Shown in pieces: positions 1 through 9,869 of a stretch of 64,000 nt of DNA (position 1 is the first letter of the stretch; each line of letters begins with the position of its first letter). A program made the position numbers and the translations under genes. The DNA comes from Eubacteriales bacterium. Its GTDB lineage: Bacteria; Bacillota; Clostridia; Oscillospirales; CAG-382. The notes below the pieces were generated by a model. That model ran no database searches. It was not told the origin of the DNA and saw only the letters and a program-made list of their open reading frames with translations. Location of the stretch: positions 171-64,170 of the forward strand of contig JAZQFS010000042.1 in the NCBI GenBank assembly GCA_045539625.1, in the 5' to 3' direction.

Positions 1-820
1 CAACAAGTCTGATTTTCTCCACCGCAAGCTTCTTGACGGTTTCAATGGGATGCTTCATAAACAGGTCAATTGCAAGGCTTCTGTTGGGATCATCAAGAGT
101 TTCCTTTGTGCCTTGTGCAAAAGCACAGCAAACGTCTGTACCGATATTCATTTTACGTATACCTGCCTTGATTGCAGCCTTCACCTGTTCATCGGGGATT
201 CCCGAGCCGCCGTGAAGTACAAGAGGAAGTCCGCCTGTTGCTTCTCTTATTGCCTTTACTCGGTCAATATCAAGCTTGGGTGTCTTCTTATAGTGTCCGT
301 GTGCGTTACCGATAAGAACGGCAAGACAGCACACCCCTGTTCTCTTTACAAATTCAGCCGCTTCCTTGGGATCGGTATACTCTTCCATGGCATCATCGTT
401 TACGCTTCCAACGTGGCCAAGCTCTCCCTCAACCTCAACGTCAATTGCCGAGCAAATATCAACTATATGCTTGGTATTTTCTATGTTTTCTTCAAAGGGA
501 TGCACCGAGCCGTCATACATAATACCTGTTGCCCCCCATCTGAGTGCCTTCATTACTTCCTTTTCGGAAGGACCGTGGTCAAGGTGGAAGCATACGGGAA
601 CGGTAGCCTTTCTTGCAGCGGCAATTACTGCGGGGCAAAGATAGTAGCCTACCTCTTCATTAAGAAGTCTTGGATAAACCTGAATAATTACAGGAGCTCT
701 CTCCTCTTCTGCCGCTTTGATAACGCCCATTACCGTTTCTGTATTATACACATTGAATGCAGGAATGGCATATCCGCCCTTTTCCGCCATATCTATAATT
801 GTCTTAAGACTTACAAGCAT
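1..820 (-). CDS. class II (metal-dependent) ketose-bisphosphate aldolase, fructose/tagatose-bisphosphate aldolase family; C-terminus runs off the left window edge
   Basis: Minus-strand translation from ATG at 818-820 reads MLVSLKTIIDMAEKGGYAIPAFNVYN...CFHLDHGPSEK...LPLVLHGGSGIPDEQVKAAIKAGIRKMNIGTD. HLDHG and LHGGSG are hallmark class II aldolase motifs. GAGGAGG lies upstream of the ATG. It is absent from the ORF track because no stop lies in the window. The + ORF 50..853 is its antisense shadow. Confidence 0.85.
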   Translation of the reverse strand, partial: MLVSLKTIIDMAEKGGYAIPAFNVYNTETVMGVIKAAEEERAPVIIQVYPRLLNEEVGYYLCPAVIAAARKATVPVCFHLDHGPSEKEVMKALRWGATGIMYDGSVHPFEENIENTKHIVDICSAIDVEVEGELGHVGSVNDDAMEEYTDPKEAAEFVKRTGVCCLAVLIGNAHGHYKKTPKLDIDRVKAIREATGGLPLVLHGGSGIPDEQVKAAIKAGIRKMNIGTDVCCAFAQGTKETLDDPNRSLAIDLFMKHPIETVKKLAVEKIRLV

Positions 821-1881
821 GCTGTTACTGCCTCCTCAAGCTTCATAATCTGAATGTCTTCGGGCTTTGTTGCACACAGCTCATTATACTCTGCCGTGCT
901 TGTTGTTACAAGTATCTTTGCGTTAACATTCTTTGCATTTATCCAGCGGCACTGCGCTGTTTTCTTCATAACATCGGGCATATATTCTGCCATAATATAG
1001 TTTGACGCAAGCATGGTATACTGTCTGTTAAGAAGCATTTCGTTTAAAGAGCCGCAAGCAGAGAGGATATCTCTTACAGGCTGTGTTTCCTCCAAATCTC
1101 TTGCAAGAAGAGGACTGTCCTGTACGGTATATACATTTTCGCTCTTCTTGGGTGTAAGCTTTCCGTCCTTAATGAGAGAAGCAACAAATTCCGTAAAGGT
1201 CACAACCGTTGCTTTAAGGTCTATTCCCCATTCCTTATACTCTCTCTTCATTACCTTGGCATCGGCAGGGTCATAGCAAATAACCGTCTTATAGCCGTTA
1301 AGAGTTTTTGCACAGTTTTCCATAACTTGCTTTGTTTCGTTTGCCGCACCTATCATAAAGTCAAGGCTATAGCCGCTGTTAGGCTCATCACGAAGAACTG
1401 TAACCTTAACGTCTGCTTTATCCAGAAGCTCAAGTGCGCTCTTTGCACAGCCCTTCACTCTTGTATTTTCGCCGAGGAAGAAAAGTACGTCACTATCCTT
1501 CATTTCGGGAATCTTACTAAAATCTGTTTCGCCGTAGATATTGCCTTTTTCAAGTACATTCCTAACCATATCCATTATGTATTCAGGTGTCTTTCCGTCA
1601 AGTGCCGCACCCAGACGTGCTTCCTTTGTGAACATAACGGGATCCCAGCCTGTTACGCAGTCGGTCATACAGCCGCCGCAAAGGGAACATTCGTATACAT
1701 TATCAACTATATCGTCGGAGTAGTCAATTGCATCTCTTGCAACAAGAGAAAGTGACATAGCTCTTGCTCTTACCGAGTTTCTTTCAAGACCTGTTGCAAT
1801 TCCGATGGGACATACGTGGTGGCACATCCAACAGAAACGGCAGGCATCTATATGTTCTTTTGATTTTGTTGTAAACTGCAT
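811..1881 (-). CDS. (Fe-S)-binding oxidoreductase subunit, GlcF/HdrD-like, two 4Fe-4S motifs
   Basis: Two CxxCxxCxxxC(P) motifs (CRFCWMCHHVCP, CSLCGGCMTDC). It sits directly downstream of the FAD-linked oxidase and overlaps the aldolase start by 10 nt, so an operon is likely. Confidence 0.75.
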   Translation of the reverse strand: MQFTTKSKEHIDACRFCWMCHHVCPIGIATGLERNSVRARAMSLSLVARDAIDYSDDIVDNVYECSLCGGCMTDCVTGWDPVMFTKEARLGAALDGKTPEYIMDMVRNVLEKGNIYGETDFSKIPEMKDSDVLFFLGENTRVKGCAKSALELLDKADVKVTVLRDEPNSGYSLDFMIGAANETKQVMENCAKTLNGYKTVICYDPADAKVMKREYKEWGIDLKATVVTFTEFVASLIKDGKLTPKKSENVYTVQDSPLLARDLEETQPVRDILSACGSLNEMLLNRQYTMLASNYIMAEYMPDVMKKTAQCRWINAKNVNAKILVTTSTAEYNELCATKPEDIQIMKLEEAVTACL

Positions 1882-1899
1882 AATATTACCTCCCTAAAA

Positions 1900-3324
1900 T
1901 TACAGACCAAGCTTGAACGGATTCATAATTCCGTTGGGGTCAAGCTGTTTCTTGATGCCTTCGAACACCTGCATTGCAGGGCCGTACTGCTCTTTCATAA
2001 GTCTGCCAAGCTTAATACCTACGCCGTGGTGGTCATTTACAACACCGCCGTTTGCAAGTGCTGTTCTTACGCCGCAGTTCCAGATTTCCTGATGAAGTCT
2101 GAAGGCTTCGTGGGGATCCTGAGGCACGTGCTCGCCGTCAACAATAAATCTGTCGTAAATCATACAGCCCCATTCATACCAATGTGAGAAATGGGCAATA
2201 AAGCGTGCCTGCGGGAAGTTGGTTTCAATAGCTTCCTTCATCTTCCAGTAGATATTTTCAATCTTATCGTAGGGTGCGATTGTATCCATGGTACCGAAGC
2301 ACTGAGGAATATCCATCATATGACCGGGATAGAAGAAGGTAATCTTTTCCTTCCACCACTTTTCGCCGTACTCACTGCCAAGATCCTCAACGTCGTACTT
2401 TTTGAAGGTTTCAAGAAGTATCTTCATTTCAAGGTCAGCCATTTCCTTAATGCCTTCAACGGCAACATTCATAAATGCGCCCTTCTTTTCAACGCCCACT
2501 ATCTTCTTGATAAGTGTTGCGGTTTCCGCTTCATCGTAAAGACGCATAACAGACGGCTTAAACTTCTGAAGAAGCTCACGTCCCGCATTAAAGGCATCTG
2601 TCATATTATGGAACAGAAAACCTCTGAACTGACGTGACTCAGGCTGCTCGTAAATTCTCATCTGTGCCTTTGTGATAACGCCGAGAGTACCCTCGGAGCC
2701 AATGAAAATCTGATTTAAGTCAGGACCTGCTGCGTGCTTTGGTGCAGGCGAGGTTTCAATAATATCGCCGTTGGGAAGTACAACCTCCATCTGCATTACC
2801 ATATCGTCAATCTTACCGTACTTTGTACTTGATACACCGATACCTCTGTGGGCAAGGAAGCCGCCGACGGTAGAGCAAGTAAGCGAGGAAGGATAGTGCA
2901 TTGTTGCATAGCCTCTTTCATTTGCCGCCCACTCAAGATGCTTATAAATAGCACCTGTTCCCGTTTCAATATACAGAGCCTGCTCATTGAACTCGGTTAT
3001 CTCATTCATTCTCTTTGTATCAAGCACGATACCGCCGCATACGGGAAGTGCACCGCCCTGAGAGCCGCCGCCGCCACCCCATGTGGTAACGGGAAGCTTA
3101 TAATAGTTTGCAATTTTAAGCACCTTTGAGGTTTCCTCGGCATTTTTAGGTGCTACGATAAAGTCGCCCTCGGGCATTCTCAGACCTCTGTCCGCCCACA
3201 TTCTTGAGAGCCAGAAGAAGTCTACGCTGTGGGAAATTTTGTCGATTGTTCTTGTTGAACAGTTTTCTCTGCCTACCGCATCTTCAAGCTCGGTGGCAAT
3301 TACATCAAATAAAAAGTCTGTCAT
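1900..3324 (-). CDS. FAD-binding (FAD_binding_4 type) oxidase/dehydrogenase, GlcD / D-lactate dehydrogenase / alkyl-DHAP synthase superfamily
   Basis: The Gly-rich FAD motif PVTTWGGGGGSQGGALP and the C-terminal ...LDPNGIMNPFKLGL are typical of FAD-linked oxidases. It is paired with a GlcF-like Fe-S protein. Confidence 0.8.
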   Translation of the reverse strand: MTDFLFDVIATELEDAVGRENCSTRTIDKISHSVDFFWLSRMWADRGLRMPEGDFIVAPKNAEETSKVLKIANYYKLPVTTWGGGGGSQGGALPVCGGIVLDTKRMNEITEFNEQALYIETGTGAIYKHLEWAANERGYATMHYPSSLTCSTVGGFLAHRGIGVSSTKYGKIDDMVMQMEVVLPNGDIIETSPAPKHAAGPDLNQIFIGSEGTLGVITKAQMRIYEQPESRQFRGFLFHNMTDAFNAGRELLQKFKPSVMRLYDEAETATLIKKIVGVEKKGAFMNVAVEGIKEMADLEMKILLETFKKYDVEDLGSEYGEKWWKEKITFFYPGHMMDIPQCFGTMDTIAPYDKIENIYWKMKEAIETNFPQARFIAHFSHWYEWGCMIYDRFIVDGEHVPQDPHEAFRLHQEIWNCGVRTALANGGVVNDHHGVGIKLGRLMKEQYGPAMQVFEGIKKQLDPNGIMNPFKLGL

Positions 3325-3358
3325 TTCTATACCTCGTTAAAATTAATTATAAACTGTA

Positions 3359-4759
3359 TTATTCGGCAGGATCGTATTCAAGCTCGGGAACGTACTTACA
3401 GAACTCTTCCAGAGCTTCAGTCCAGTCGCCGTAAAGCTCGCTCATATGATGGATATACGGACCTTCTATAATCTTCCTTTCAAGCTTTGCCCAGTCCTTG
3501 AACTGTGCCCACATATATGTACCGAAGGTAAGCGGTCCGTCACATGTTTCAAATGAGCCGCCGAGAAGTGTATACTTACCGTTATCGCCCTGGAAGCGTG
3601 CTATTGTATAGGTACCGTCCTTTACTCTGAAGGAGGGCTTTGTATTGAACAGCTTTGGCTTTACGCCTTCTGCTCTCTGGGAATACGGGAACGGTCCGCA
3701 ATGCCACAGCAGCTCGCTGTTTTTATTCTGAGGATTTCTTACCGTAAACTCGCCGAAAAGCGGAGGTGTTTTACCGCGGGAGGCACACATAAGAAGTGCG
3801 TTTGTAATAGCTCCGTGAATATCGGATTCACAGGTAACAATATATCCCATATCGTAAAGAATACTCATTGCAAGGCAAGGATTTGCACCGAATGCAAGAG
3901 GCATTGCCGTCCAGCACTCACTTGTCATAACGCTTGCGTTGTTTTCGTCAAAGATTTCCTTATAAACATACACAAGGTTAAGCATTTTACCCAGAACCTC
4001 ATCGTCAAGTCCTGCCGTATCGTACTTTTCTTTGAGGTCTGCAATATCCTTTTTAAGCTCATCGGCGCGTGCTTCAAGGTTCTTTTTGAACTTATCGGCA
4101 ACGACAGCCATATTGATATTGTTGAGGTTTATGCCGAATTTCTGATTGAGCTCAAGCTCATTGCACATAATGCTCTTGAACTGAGGGAATCGTGTGCCCA
4201 CCTGTACAACATTGAGGTTTTTGAAATTCTTTACCATGGTAACTACAGACAAGAATTTTGCAAAGCCCTTGGCAAAAACCTCGTCCTCAACCTGACAGTT
4301 TTCAATATATGTAAAGGGTACGTTATAGCGTCTGAGTTGCTTACTGATGGCGAAAAGTCCGCACTGAGCGTCGGTATATCTCTGTCCGTTTTCCTCAAAC
4401 ACCATATCCTGAGGGCCCCACAGAAGCGTGGGAACATTCACCTTCTTTGCAATCTGTCCGCAAACCTCTTCATTACCGAAGTTACAGTTGATGATGAAGA
4501 TTGCATCAACCTTTTCGCTCTTCATATAGTCGGCAACCTTATCGGCATCTGCGTTCTTATAGACAACGCCGTATTCATTAAGCCATTCAAGGTCAACAAA
4601 CTCTGTCATCTCGTCCGCAAAGTTTTCCTTAAGGTATTTCACAAGCTTATTTTTGCTTTCAACGCCCTTGGCAGGCTCGAAAATACCCTTTCGTGTAGCA
4701 AAGTCGAAAAGATCACGCACATCCGGCACAAGTCCGATTTTTACTTTGTAATCCAACAT
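3359..4759 (-). CDS. L-fucose/L-arabinose isomerase family-like sugar isomerase (short, 466 aa)
   Basis: N-terminal KIGLVP...DAIFIINCNFG Rossmann-like part and C-terminal LLWHCGPFP...HH segment resemble the FucI/AraA-like family. This is a family-level call only, made by eye. Confidence 0.65.
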   Translation of the reverse strand: MLDYKVKIGLVPDVRDLFDFATRKGIFEPAKGVESKNKLVKYLKENFADEMTEFVDLEWLNEYGVVYKNADADKVADYMKSEKVDAIFIINCNFGNEEVCGQIAKKVNVPTLLWGPQDMVFEENGQRYTDAQCGLFAISKQLRRYNVPFTYIENCQVEDEVFAKGFAKFLSVVTMVKNFKNLNVVQVGTRFPQFKSIMCNELELNQKFGINLNNINMAVVADKFKKNLEARADELKKDIADLKEKYDTAGLDDEVLGKMLNLVYVYKEIFDENNASVMTSECWTAMPLAFGANPCLAMSILYDMGYIVTCESDIHGAITNALLMCASRGKTPPLFGEFTVRNPQNKNSELLWHCGPFPYSQRAEGVKPKLFNTKPSFRVKDGTYTIARFQGDNGKYTLLGGSFETCDGPLTFGTYMWAQFKDWAKLERKIIEGPYIHHMSELYGDWTEALEEFCKYVPELEYDPAE

Positions 4760-4871
4760 TTAAAGCACCTCTTTTTCTGAAAATAATTTTCATTTTTGCT
4801 ACTTAATCGCAAACACAGTATAACATATATAAAAATATTTTTCAATAGTTTTACGAAAGTTTTTTTCATAA

Positions 4872-4900
4872 TTGACAAATTTTACAAAATGTGATACAAT
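4872..4900 (+). promoter_or_regulatory. sigma-70-type promoter for the RpiR gene
   Basis: TTGACA (4872-4877), 17-nt spacer, TGaTACAAT extended -10 (TACAAT at 4895-4900), 33 nt upstream of the ATG at 4934. Confidence 0.5.
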
Positions 4901-4933
4901 AATAAATGAAAATTTATTCAACACGAGGTAATT

Positions 4934-5770
4934 ATGGAAAAAATCAGCCTTAAAATGAGGCTCATATACAACGAAATGAGCAAATCCGAAAAGCAGATTG
5001 CCGACTGGATAAGCGAAAACCCCGACAAAATCATATCTTTATCCATTGTAGAGCTTGCGGAAAAGTGCCGTTGCTCGGAGGCGACAATAGTACGTTTTTC
5101 AAAAAGACTGGGGCTTTCGGGCTATCAGGAATTAAAAATTTCACTTGCGGCGGAAGGAGATATTTCTCCCATCAGCAGTGAGATTTCCCAAAACGACAGT
5201 CCCTTTGACATATACTCCAAAATCTGCGGTGACATATATTTATCACTTGAGAAAACAAAAAAAGTACTTGACAGCGTCTGTCTTGACAAGGCGTGCCGTG
5301 CCATAGCAGATGCCCACAGGATTGTGGTATTCGGTCTTGGAAACTCCGCCGCAATCAGCACGGATGCCGCGCACAAGTTTTTACGTGCAGGTCTCAGCTG
5401 TGTTGCCTACAGCGACAACCATATGCAGGTTATTGCCGCCTCCCATTTATCGGCAGGCGACGTTGCTCTTGCCATTTCCCATTCAGGCTCATCAAAGGAC
5501 ATTGTTGATGCCTTAAAGCTTGCGAAGGAGCACGGTGCCGTTACCATAGCAATTACCAACGGCGGAAAATCCCCCATTCTCAAGTACACCGACATTGCTT
5601 TGTTTACCTCGGCGGACGAAACGCAGTACAACATTCTCGCCCTCAATTCAAGAATTGTTCAGCTTGCCATTATCGATGTTATTTACAACTACATTGTTCT
5701 CAGCAAATCGGACACGGCGCTTGAGTCAATCAAACAGACCGAGAGAGCGTTGATGTCGAAAAAGTATTAA
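4934..5770 (+). CDS. MurR/RpiR family transcriptional regulator (HTH_6 + SIS domain)
   Basis: N-terminal HTH (LSIVELAEKCRCSEATIVRFSKRLGLSGYQELK) and a SIS domain (VVFGLGNSAAISTDAAHKF...ISHSGSSKD). Divergent from the sugar operon. Confidence 0.85.
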   Translation: MEKISLKMRLIYNEMSKSEKQIADWISENPDKIISLSIVELAEKCRCSEATIVRFSKRLGLSGYQELKISLAAEGDISPISSEISQNDSPFDIYSKICGDIYLSLEKTKKVLDSVCLDKACRAIADAHRIVVFGLGNSAAISTDAAHKFLRAGLSCVAYSDNHMQVIAASHLSAGDVALAISHSGSSKDIVDALKLAKEHGAVTIAITNGGKSPILKYTDIALFTSADETQYNILALNSRIVQLAIIDVIYNYIVLSKSDTALESIKQTERALMSKKY

Positions 5771-5774
5771 AAAA

Positions 5775-5829
5775 GGACGATGCATCCATCGTCCCCTGCT
5801 CCACACTCATTACGGGTGTGGATTTTTTT
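5775..5829. terminator. pair of hairpins forming a bidirectional terminator between the convergent RpiR and MATE genes
   Basis: Hairpin 1 is GGACGATG-n4-CATCGTCC (5775-5794), with an A-run before it, which gives a T-run on the minus strand. Hairpin 2 is TCCACAC-n9-GTGTGGA (5800-5822), followed by TTTTTTT (5823-5829). Confidence 0.55.
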
Positions 5830-5859
5830 ATACTTAAATTTCGTGATATGCTTTTTTCA

Positions 5860-7191
5860 TCAGAACGGCGTATCCATTCCCCGTTTTTTCATAACAGCAA
5901 CACAAACAAGATGCATAACAATTACCGCAACCCATGAAATCGGCCACACATAGTACAGCATTTGCGGGCTTCTGAAGTGAGGAAGCACAAGCCACATCCA
6001 CACCACTCTCAGTCCGCATGCACCTATCAGCGAGTTTATCATCGGCACAACACTGCAGCCAATTCCTCGCAAAGCTCCTGCCAAAACGTCCATCAATCCG
6101 CAAAGAAAATAAGGCAGGCACACGCAAAGTATTCTCAGCCTTCCGAAAGCGACAGCATCAGGCGAGTCGGTAATATATATTTTAAGCAGGCTGTCCGAGA
6201 ACAGTATACAAAGTCCTCCCAGCACAAGTCCCAAAACCGTAACAAGCAGTGCCGAAATACTTACCGTCCTTTTTACTCTGTCGGGCTTCTGTGCTCCGTT
6301 ATTCTGGCTGACTCCCGTTATTGTTGCCTGTGATACGCTGTTCATTGCAACATAAACAAAGCCTTCTATATTTCCTGCCGCAGCATTTCCCGCAACCGCA
6401 ATTTCACCGAAGGAATTTACCGCCGACTGTATTACCGAGTTTGACAGGCTGAATACCGAGCTCTGAAGCCCTGCAGGAAGCCCGATTTTAACTGTTTCCT
6501 TCAGCTCCTGCTTGTGTATTTTCAGCTTGCCGAGGCACAACTTACAGGCGGTATTATTTCGAATAAGCAGTACCGTAACGGCAATTGCCGACACATAATT
6601 GGCAACGCCCGTGGCAATTGCAACGCCTGCAACATTAAGATGGAACAATATTACAAGAACAAGATTGAGCAACACATTTATTATTCCCGACAGCGACAGT
6701 ATATAAAGCGGTCTTCTGGTGTCCCCCACAGCTCTCAGAATTGATGCGCCGAAGTTATACACCATAGTTCCAGGGATTCCGAGAAAATATATTCTCATAT
6801 ACAGAACAGCTCCATCAAGCACCTTGCCTTCGGGTGTTCCCATCAGTGTCAGCATTACCTTTGAGCAGGAAATTCCGCACACAAGTGAAAAAACACCTAA
6901 AATTATGCTTAGAACCATCGCAGTATGCACCGCATTACTAACGCCTTCTTCATCACCTGCTCCGAAGCTTCTTGACACCACAACGCTTGCACCCAGCGAA
7001 AAGCCGACACAAAGGTTTACTATAAGTGCGCTGAGTGCGCCTGTCGCACCAACCGATGCCATGGCACTGCTTCCCGCAAAACGGCTGACAACAACAAGGT
7101 CTGCCGCATTATAAAGAAGCTGAAGCATATTTCCTATTATAAGCGGTATGACAAAAAGAGCAATACTTTTCAGTATTGAGCCTTGTGTCAT
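5860..7191 (-). CDS. MATE family efflux transporter
   Basis: 12-TM-like hydrophobic profile. The N-terminus MTQGSILKSIALFVIPLIIGNMLQLLYNAADLVVVSRFAG is the canonical MATE start. I prefer the ATG at 7191 (residue 31 of the track ORF 5860..7281). Confidence 0.85.
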   Translation of the reverse strand: MTQGSILKSIALFVIPLIIGNMLQLLYNAADLVVVSRFAGSSAMASVGATGALSALIVNLCVGFSLGASVVVSRSFGAGDEEGVSNAVHTAMVLSIILGVFSLVCGISCSKVMLTLMGTPEGKVLDGAVLYMRIYFLGIPGTMVYNFGASILRAVGDTRRPLYILSLSGIINVLLNLVLVILFHLNVAGVAIATGVANYVSAIAVTVLLIRNNTACKLCLGKLKIHKQELKETVKIGLPAGLQSSVFSLSNSVIQSAVNSFGEIAVAGNAAAGNIEGFVYVAMNSVSQATITGVSQNNGAQKPDRVKRTVSISALLVTVLGLVLGGLCILFSDSLLKIYITDSPDAVAFGRLRILCVCLPYFLCGLMDVLAGALRGIGCSVVPMINSLIGACGLRVVWMWLVLPHFRSPQMLYYVWPISWVAVIVMHLVCVAVMKKRGMDTPF

Positions 7192-7361
7192 ATTAATTTC
7201 GTATTTTTTGCTTTCCAAACCATTTCCTCCAAAACCATTCCGATACCTGAGAATTATAATACTTTTCGGCGCAAAATTCAAGGGTTATATGTTAATATTC
7301 CTCCACAAAAACAAAAGCACCGTCCCAGCTTTAAACAAGGACGGTGCAAAAATGTATTTGA

Positions 7362-9542
7362 TTATACGTTTTCTCCGCAGATTTCAAGAATGTCTGTTAC
7401 GAACTTCTTGCTGTTTTTATCAAGTCCGTTATAGCCGCCGTCTCTCAGTGCCTTTGCCACATCAACAACGCTTCTTGCCATAGGATCGCCGTATACTGTC
7501 TGTCCGTCATACTTTACATAAGGTCTTACCACGATAACCTCTTCATAGTTTTTCTTTGAAGGATTAATACCGTAGACAATTGCCGTAAAGTATGTATTCT
7601 TATCATCTGTTCCGAATACACGGTTTACGTTTGCTTCAAGCTTTTCGTCATAGCCGTAGTTTACGCCTGTGAGGTAGAATACATCGTTCTGCTCAAAGGT
7701 GAGGTAGTCATCAGCCTTACCGTTAAGGCGTGCACGTGTTGTTACGATATAGCCGTATTCGGTAGTTTTGCTGTCTGCCTTGATTTCGTTCTTTACGCTT
7801 GACTTAAAGCGGATACCCATAGGATCGTTTACTCTGATGGAGTTTTCGTTATAGGATACAGGCTTTATCTTATCTGACCATACTGCGTAAAGAGTCTTGC
7901 TCTCATTGATAACGGGGTTACCCTCGATTAACTCGCCGCCTGCTGTATATGACCAGCCTTCAAAGCTCAGCGTGCTGTTCTCGGTTGTGCAGGTGATTTC
8001 GGAAAGGTCAAGTGTATCGCCCTTAATCATCTTGACTGCTTCGGGAACAGTCGCCGCATTGCCTGTGGAGTCTTTAAAGGTTACGGTAACGGGTGCTTTG
8101 TAGTAAAGCTTGATGTTATCGACTACAAATGAAGCAGTTTCTCCTATAATCATCATCACATCAAATTCTGTTACCGACTTATAATCAGATACGTAATCCT
8201 TATTCCATGCATGGAAATATACCTTACCGTCAAGCACTGTTACGTAACAACTGAAGTTCTTCTGAACGTCAGGCTCCAAATCCATTGTGTCAAGACCAAC
8301 GTCCCCTGAGCCGCGAAGTCTTGCACTGGCTTGTGTCCACGCTCCTGTTGCTGTCTTGTTTGAAACAACATCATAGGTGATGTAGTATCTGCCATCAGGA
8401 TATTTGGAGCTTGCCTGAATTCCTAATCCGGGATAGTATCTTTTGCCCGCAACAGCTTCAACTTCATTTTTAGCATATACAGCACCGTCTTTAATCTCGG
8501 TTGATGTAAAGCCCGATACAAGCTTTGTTGTAGCTGCTGCAGGGAAGCCTTCGGGGATATTTACAACACCGTAGCTTGCTACAGGCTGATTAAGAGCCAT
8601 ATCATCGTCAAAGTCAAGGCTGTAAATAAGTGTGCCGTATTCTGCGTGTTCCTTTGCAACCCATACTGCTGTAAAGGTTGTATCGGAAGTGATTGCAACC
8701 TTGCCTGACAGCTTATTGCCGTCTTTATCCTGCCAGCCTGCAAAGAGCATGGTGTCGGTATTGTCAAGGTTATACTGTGAAAGGTCAAGCTTTGTTCCGC
8801 CGTTTACCGTAACACCTTCAAGTGTCTGTGCTGTATTTGATGTGCAATCAAAGGTTACGTCTTACATGGGAATATAGTAAAGCTTGATACTATCGTAAAC
8901 AAATGAAGACTTACCCTTTTCACCGATACTTGTATAAAGGTCAAGCTGTCCGAAGTTTGTGGTATTTACCTTCTGCTTATTACTTAAAAGAGTAAGCTCG
9001 TTATTTATAAATGTAAGCTCATTTGTGTATGTAACCGTAGCACCTGCCGCTGCGTCCATACCTCCGAGCCAGCTGTTATCCAAGGCAAAGGTAACATCTC
9101 TCTTACCGTCGGTACAGTTATTTGTAAAGTCAACGCTTACACGGTATTTACCTTCAGGGAATGAGCCGTTTGCATAAATTACAATTCTGGGATAGCTTGC
9201 ACTTGCTCCAACGTAAGCTGCTCCGTCCTTTATTTCATTATCCGTGAATGAGCTTTTGAGTTTAGCATCGGCAAAGCCTGCTACTTCGGTATTGACATAG
9301 CCGTAGCCCGAAACAGGTCTACGTGTTCCGTCAAGCACTGTTTCAGTTCCGTCAAAGGTGATATTATAGATAAGTGTGCCGTAATCCTCTTCCGCCGCTG
9401 TCTGTGCTTCGGGAAGAGCTGTTTGCGAAGCAGCAGTCAATTCTGCAGTTGTTGCGGCTGTACCCATCTGAACGGGCGAGGCAAATGCCGCTGTGGAAAA
9501 AATCATTGCCAGTACAAGAAGTACGCTTAAAAGTTTTTTCAT
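7362..9542 (-). pseudogene. secreted modular protein (paralog of 17149..19392) interrupted by a single in-frame TAA at 8862-8864
   Basis: Track ORFs 8862..9542 and 7362..8750 are in the same frame. The 111 nt between them are open (…IKLYYIPM*DVTFDCTSNTAQTLEGVTVNGGTKLDLSQYNLDNTDTMLFAGWQDKDG…). The joined 726 codons are collinear with the 747-aa paralog: signal peptide, beta-sandwich module ending DSIKLYY, Listeria-Bacteroides-type repeat, second module ending DNIKLYY, second repeat, conserved C-terminal domain. Confidence 0.7.
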
Positions 9543-9572
9543 GGTAGTTTTCTCCTTTAAATTATTTTTTGA

Positions 9573-9695
9573 TCATTCTTCGTCCTGTGTTGTGCCGAAA
9601 AGAGTACTTACATCAATAAGAGTATCGCTGTTATTAAGAATATCCTCTTGTGTCAGCACACAGATTTCAAGCCGGGGACTGTGATACTTTTTCAT
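9573..9695 (-). CDS. 40-aa acidic small protein, paralog of 19422..19544, function unknown
   Basis: ATG at 9695 with GGAG about 12 nt upstream, TGA at 9573-9575. Sequence: MKKYHSPRLEICVLTQEDILNNSDTLIDVSTLFGTTQDEE. It lies 30 nt upstream of the secreted-protein (pseudo)gene. Below the ORF-track length cutoff. Supported by conservation with the second copy. Confidence 0.55.
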   Translation of the reverse strand: MKKYHSPRLEICVLTQEDILNNSDTLIDVSTLFGTTQDEE

Positions 9696-9869
9696 TTTTC
9701 TTACCGTCTCCGCTTATCAAATATGAATAAAATATCTATACGATTTTATAGTACGACTTCATTAAAATAAATTCAAGAAAAGAAATATCAAAATATAGAA
9801 ATATTTTCAATCGGCTATTGAAATTTATTTTGTTTTATAGTAGTATTTTCTATGAAGGAGGCGATTTTT

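Noticed and set aside
3701-4780. Long + strand ORF (359 aa), together with similar long opposite-strand ORFs at 50..853, 19962..20843, 45146..45730, 46635..47546, 50651..51352, 54698..55399 and 60718..61404.
   Set aside because: Each lies entirely antisense to a gene with clear family motifs. None has a convincing RBS. Their translations are low-complexity or Cys/Phe/Leu-rich with no recognisable motifs. They are classic shadow ORFs.
5834-6127. Alternative-frame minus-strand ORF (97 aa) inside the MATE gene, and other nested 60-100-aa ORFs throughout the track.
   Set aside because: They are fully nested in longer ORFs with clear homology patterns and have no independent signals.
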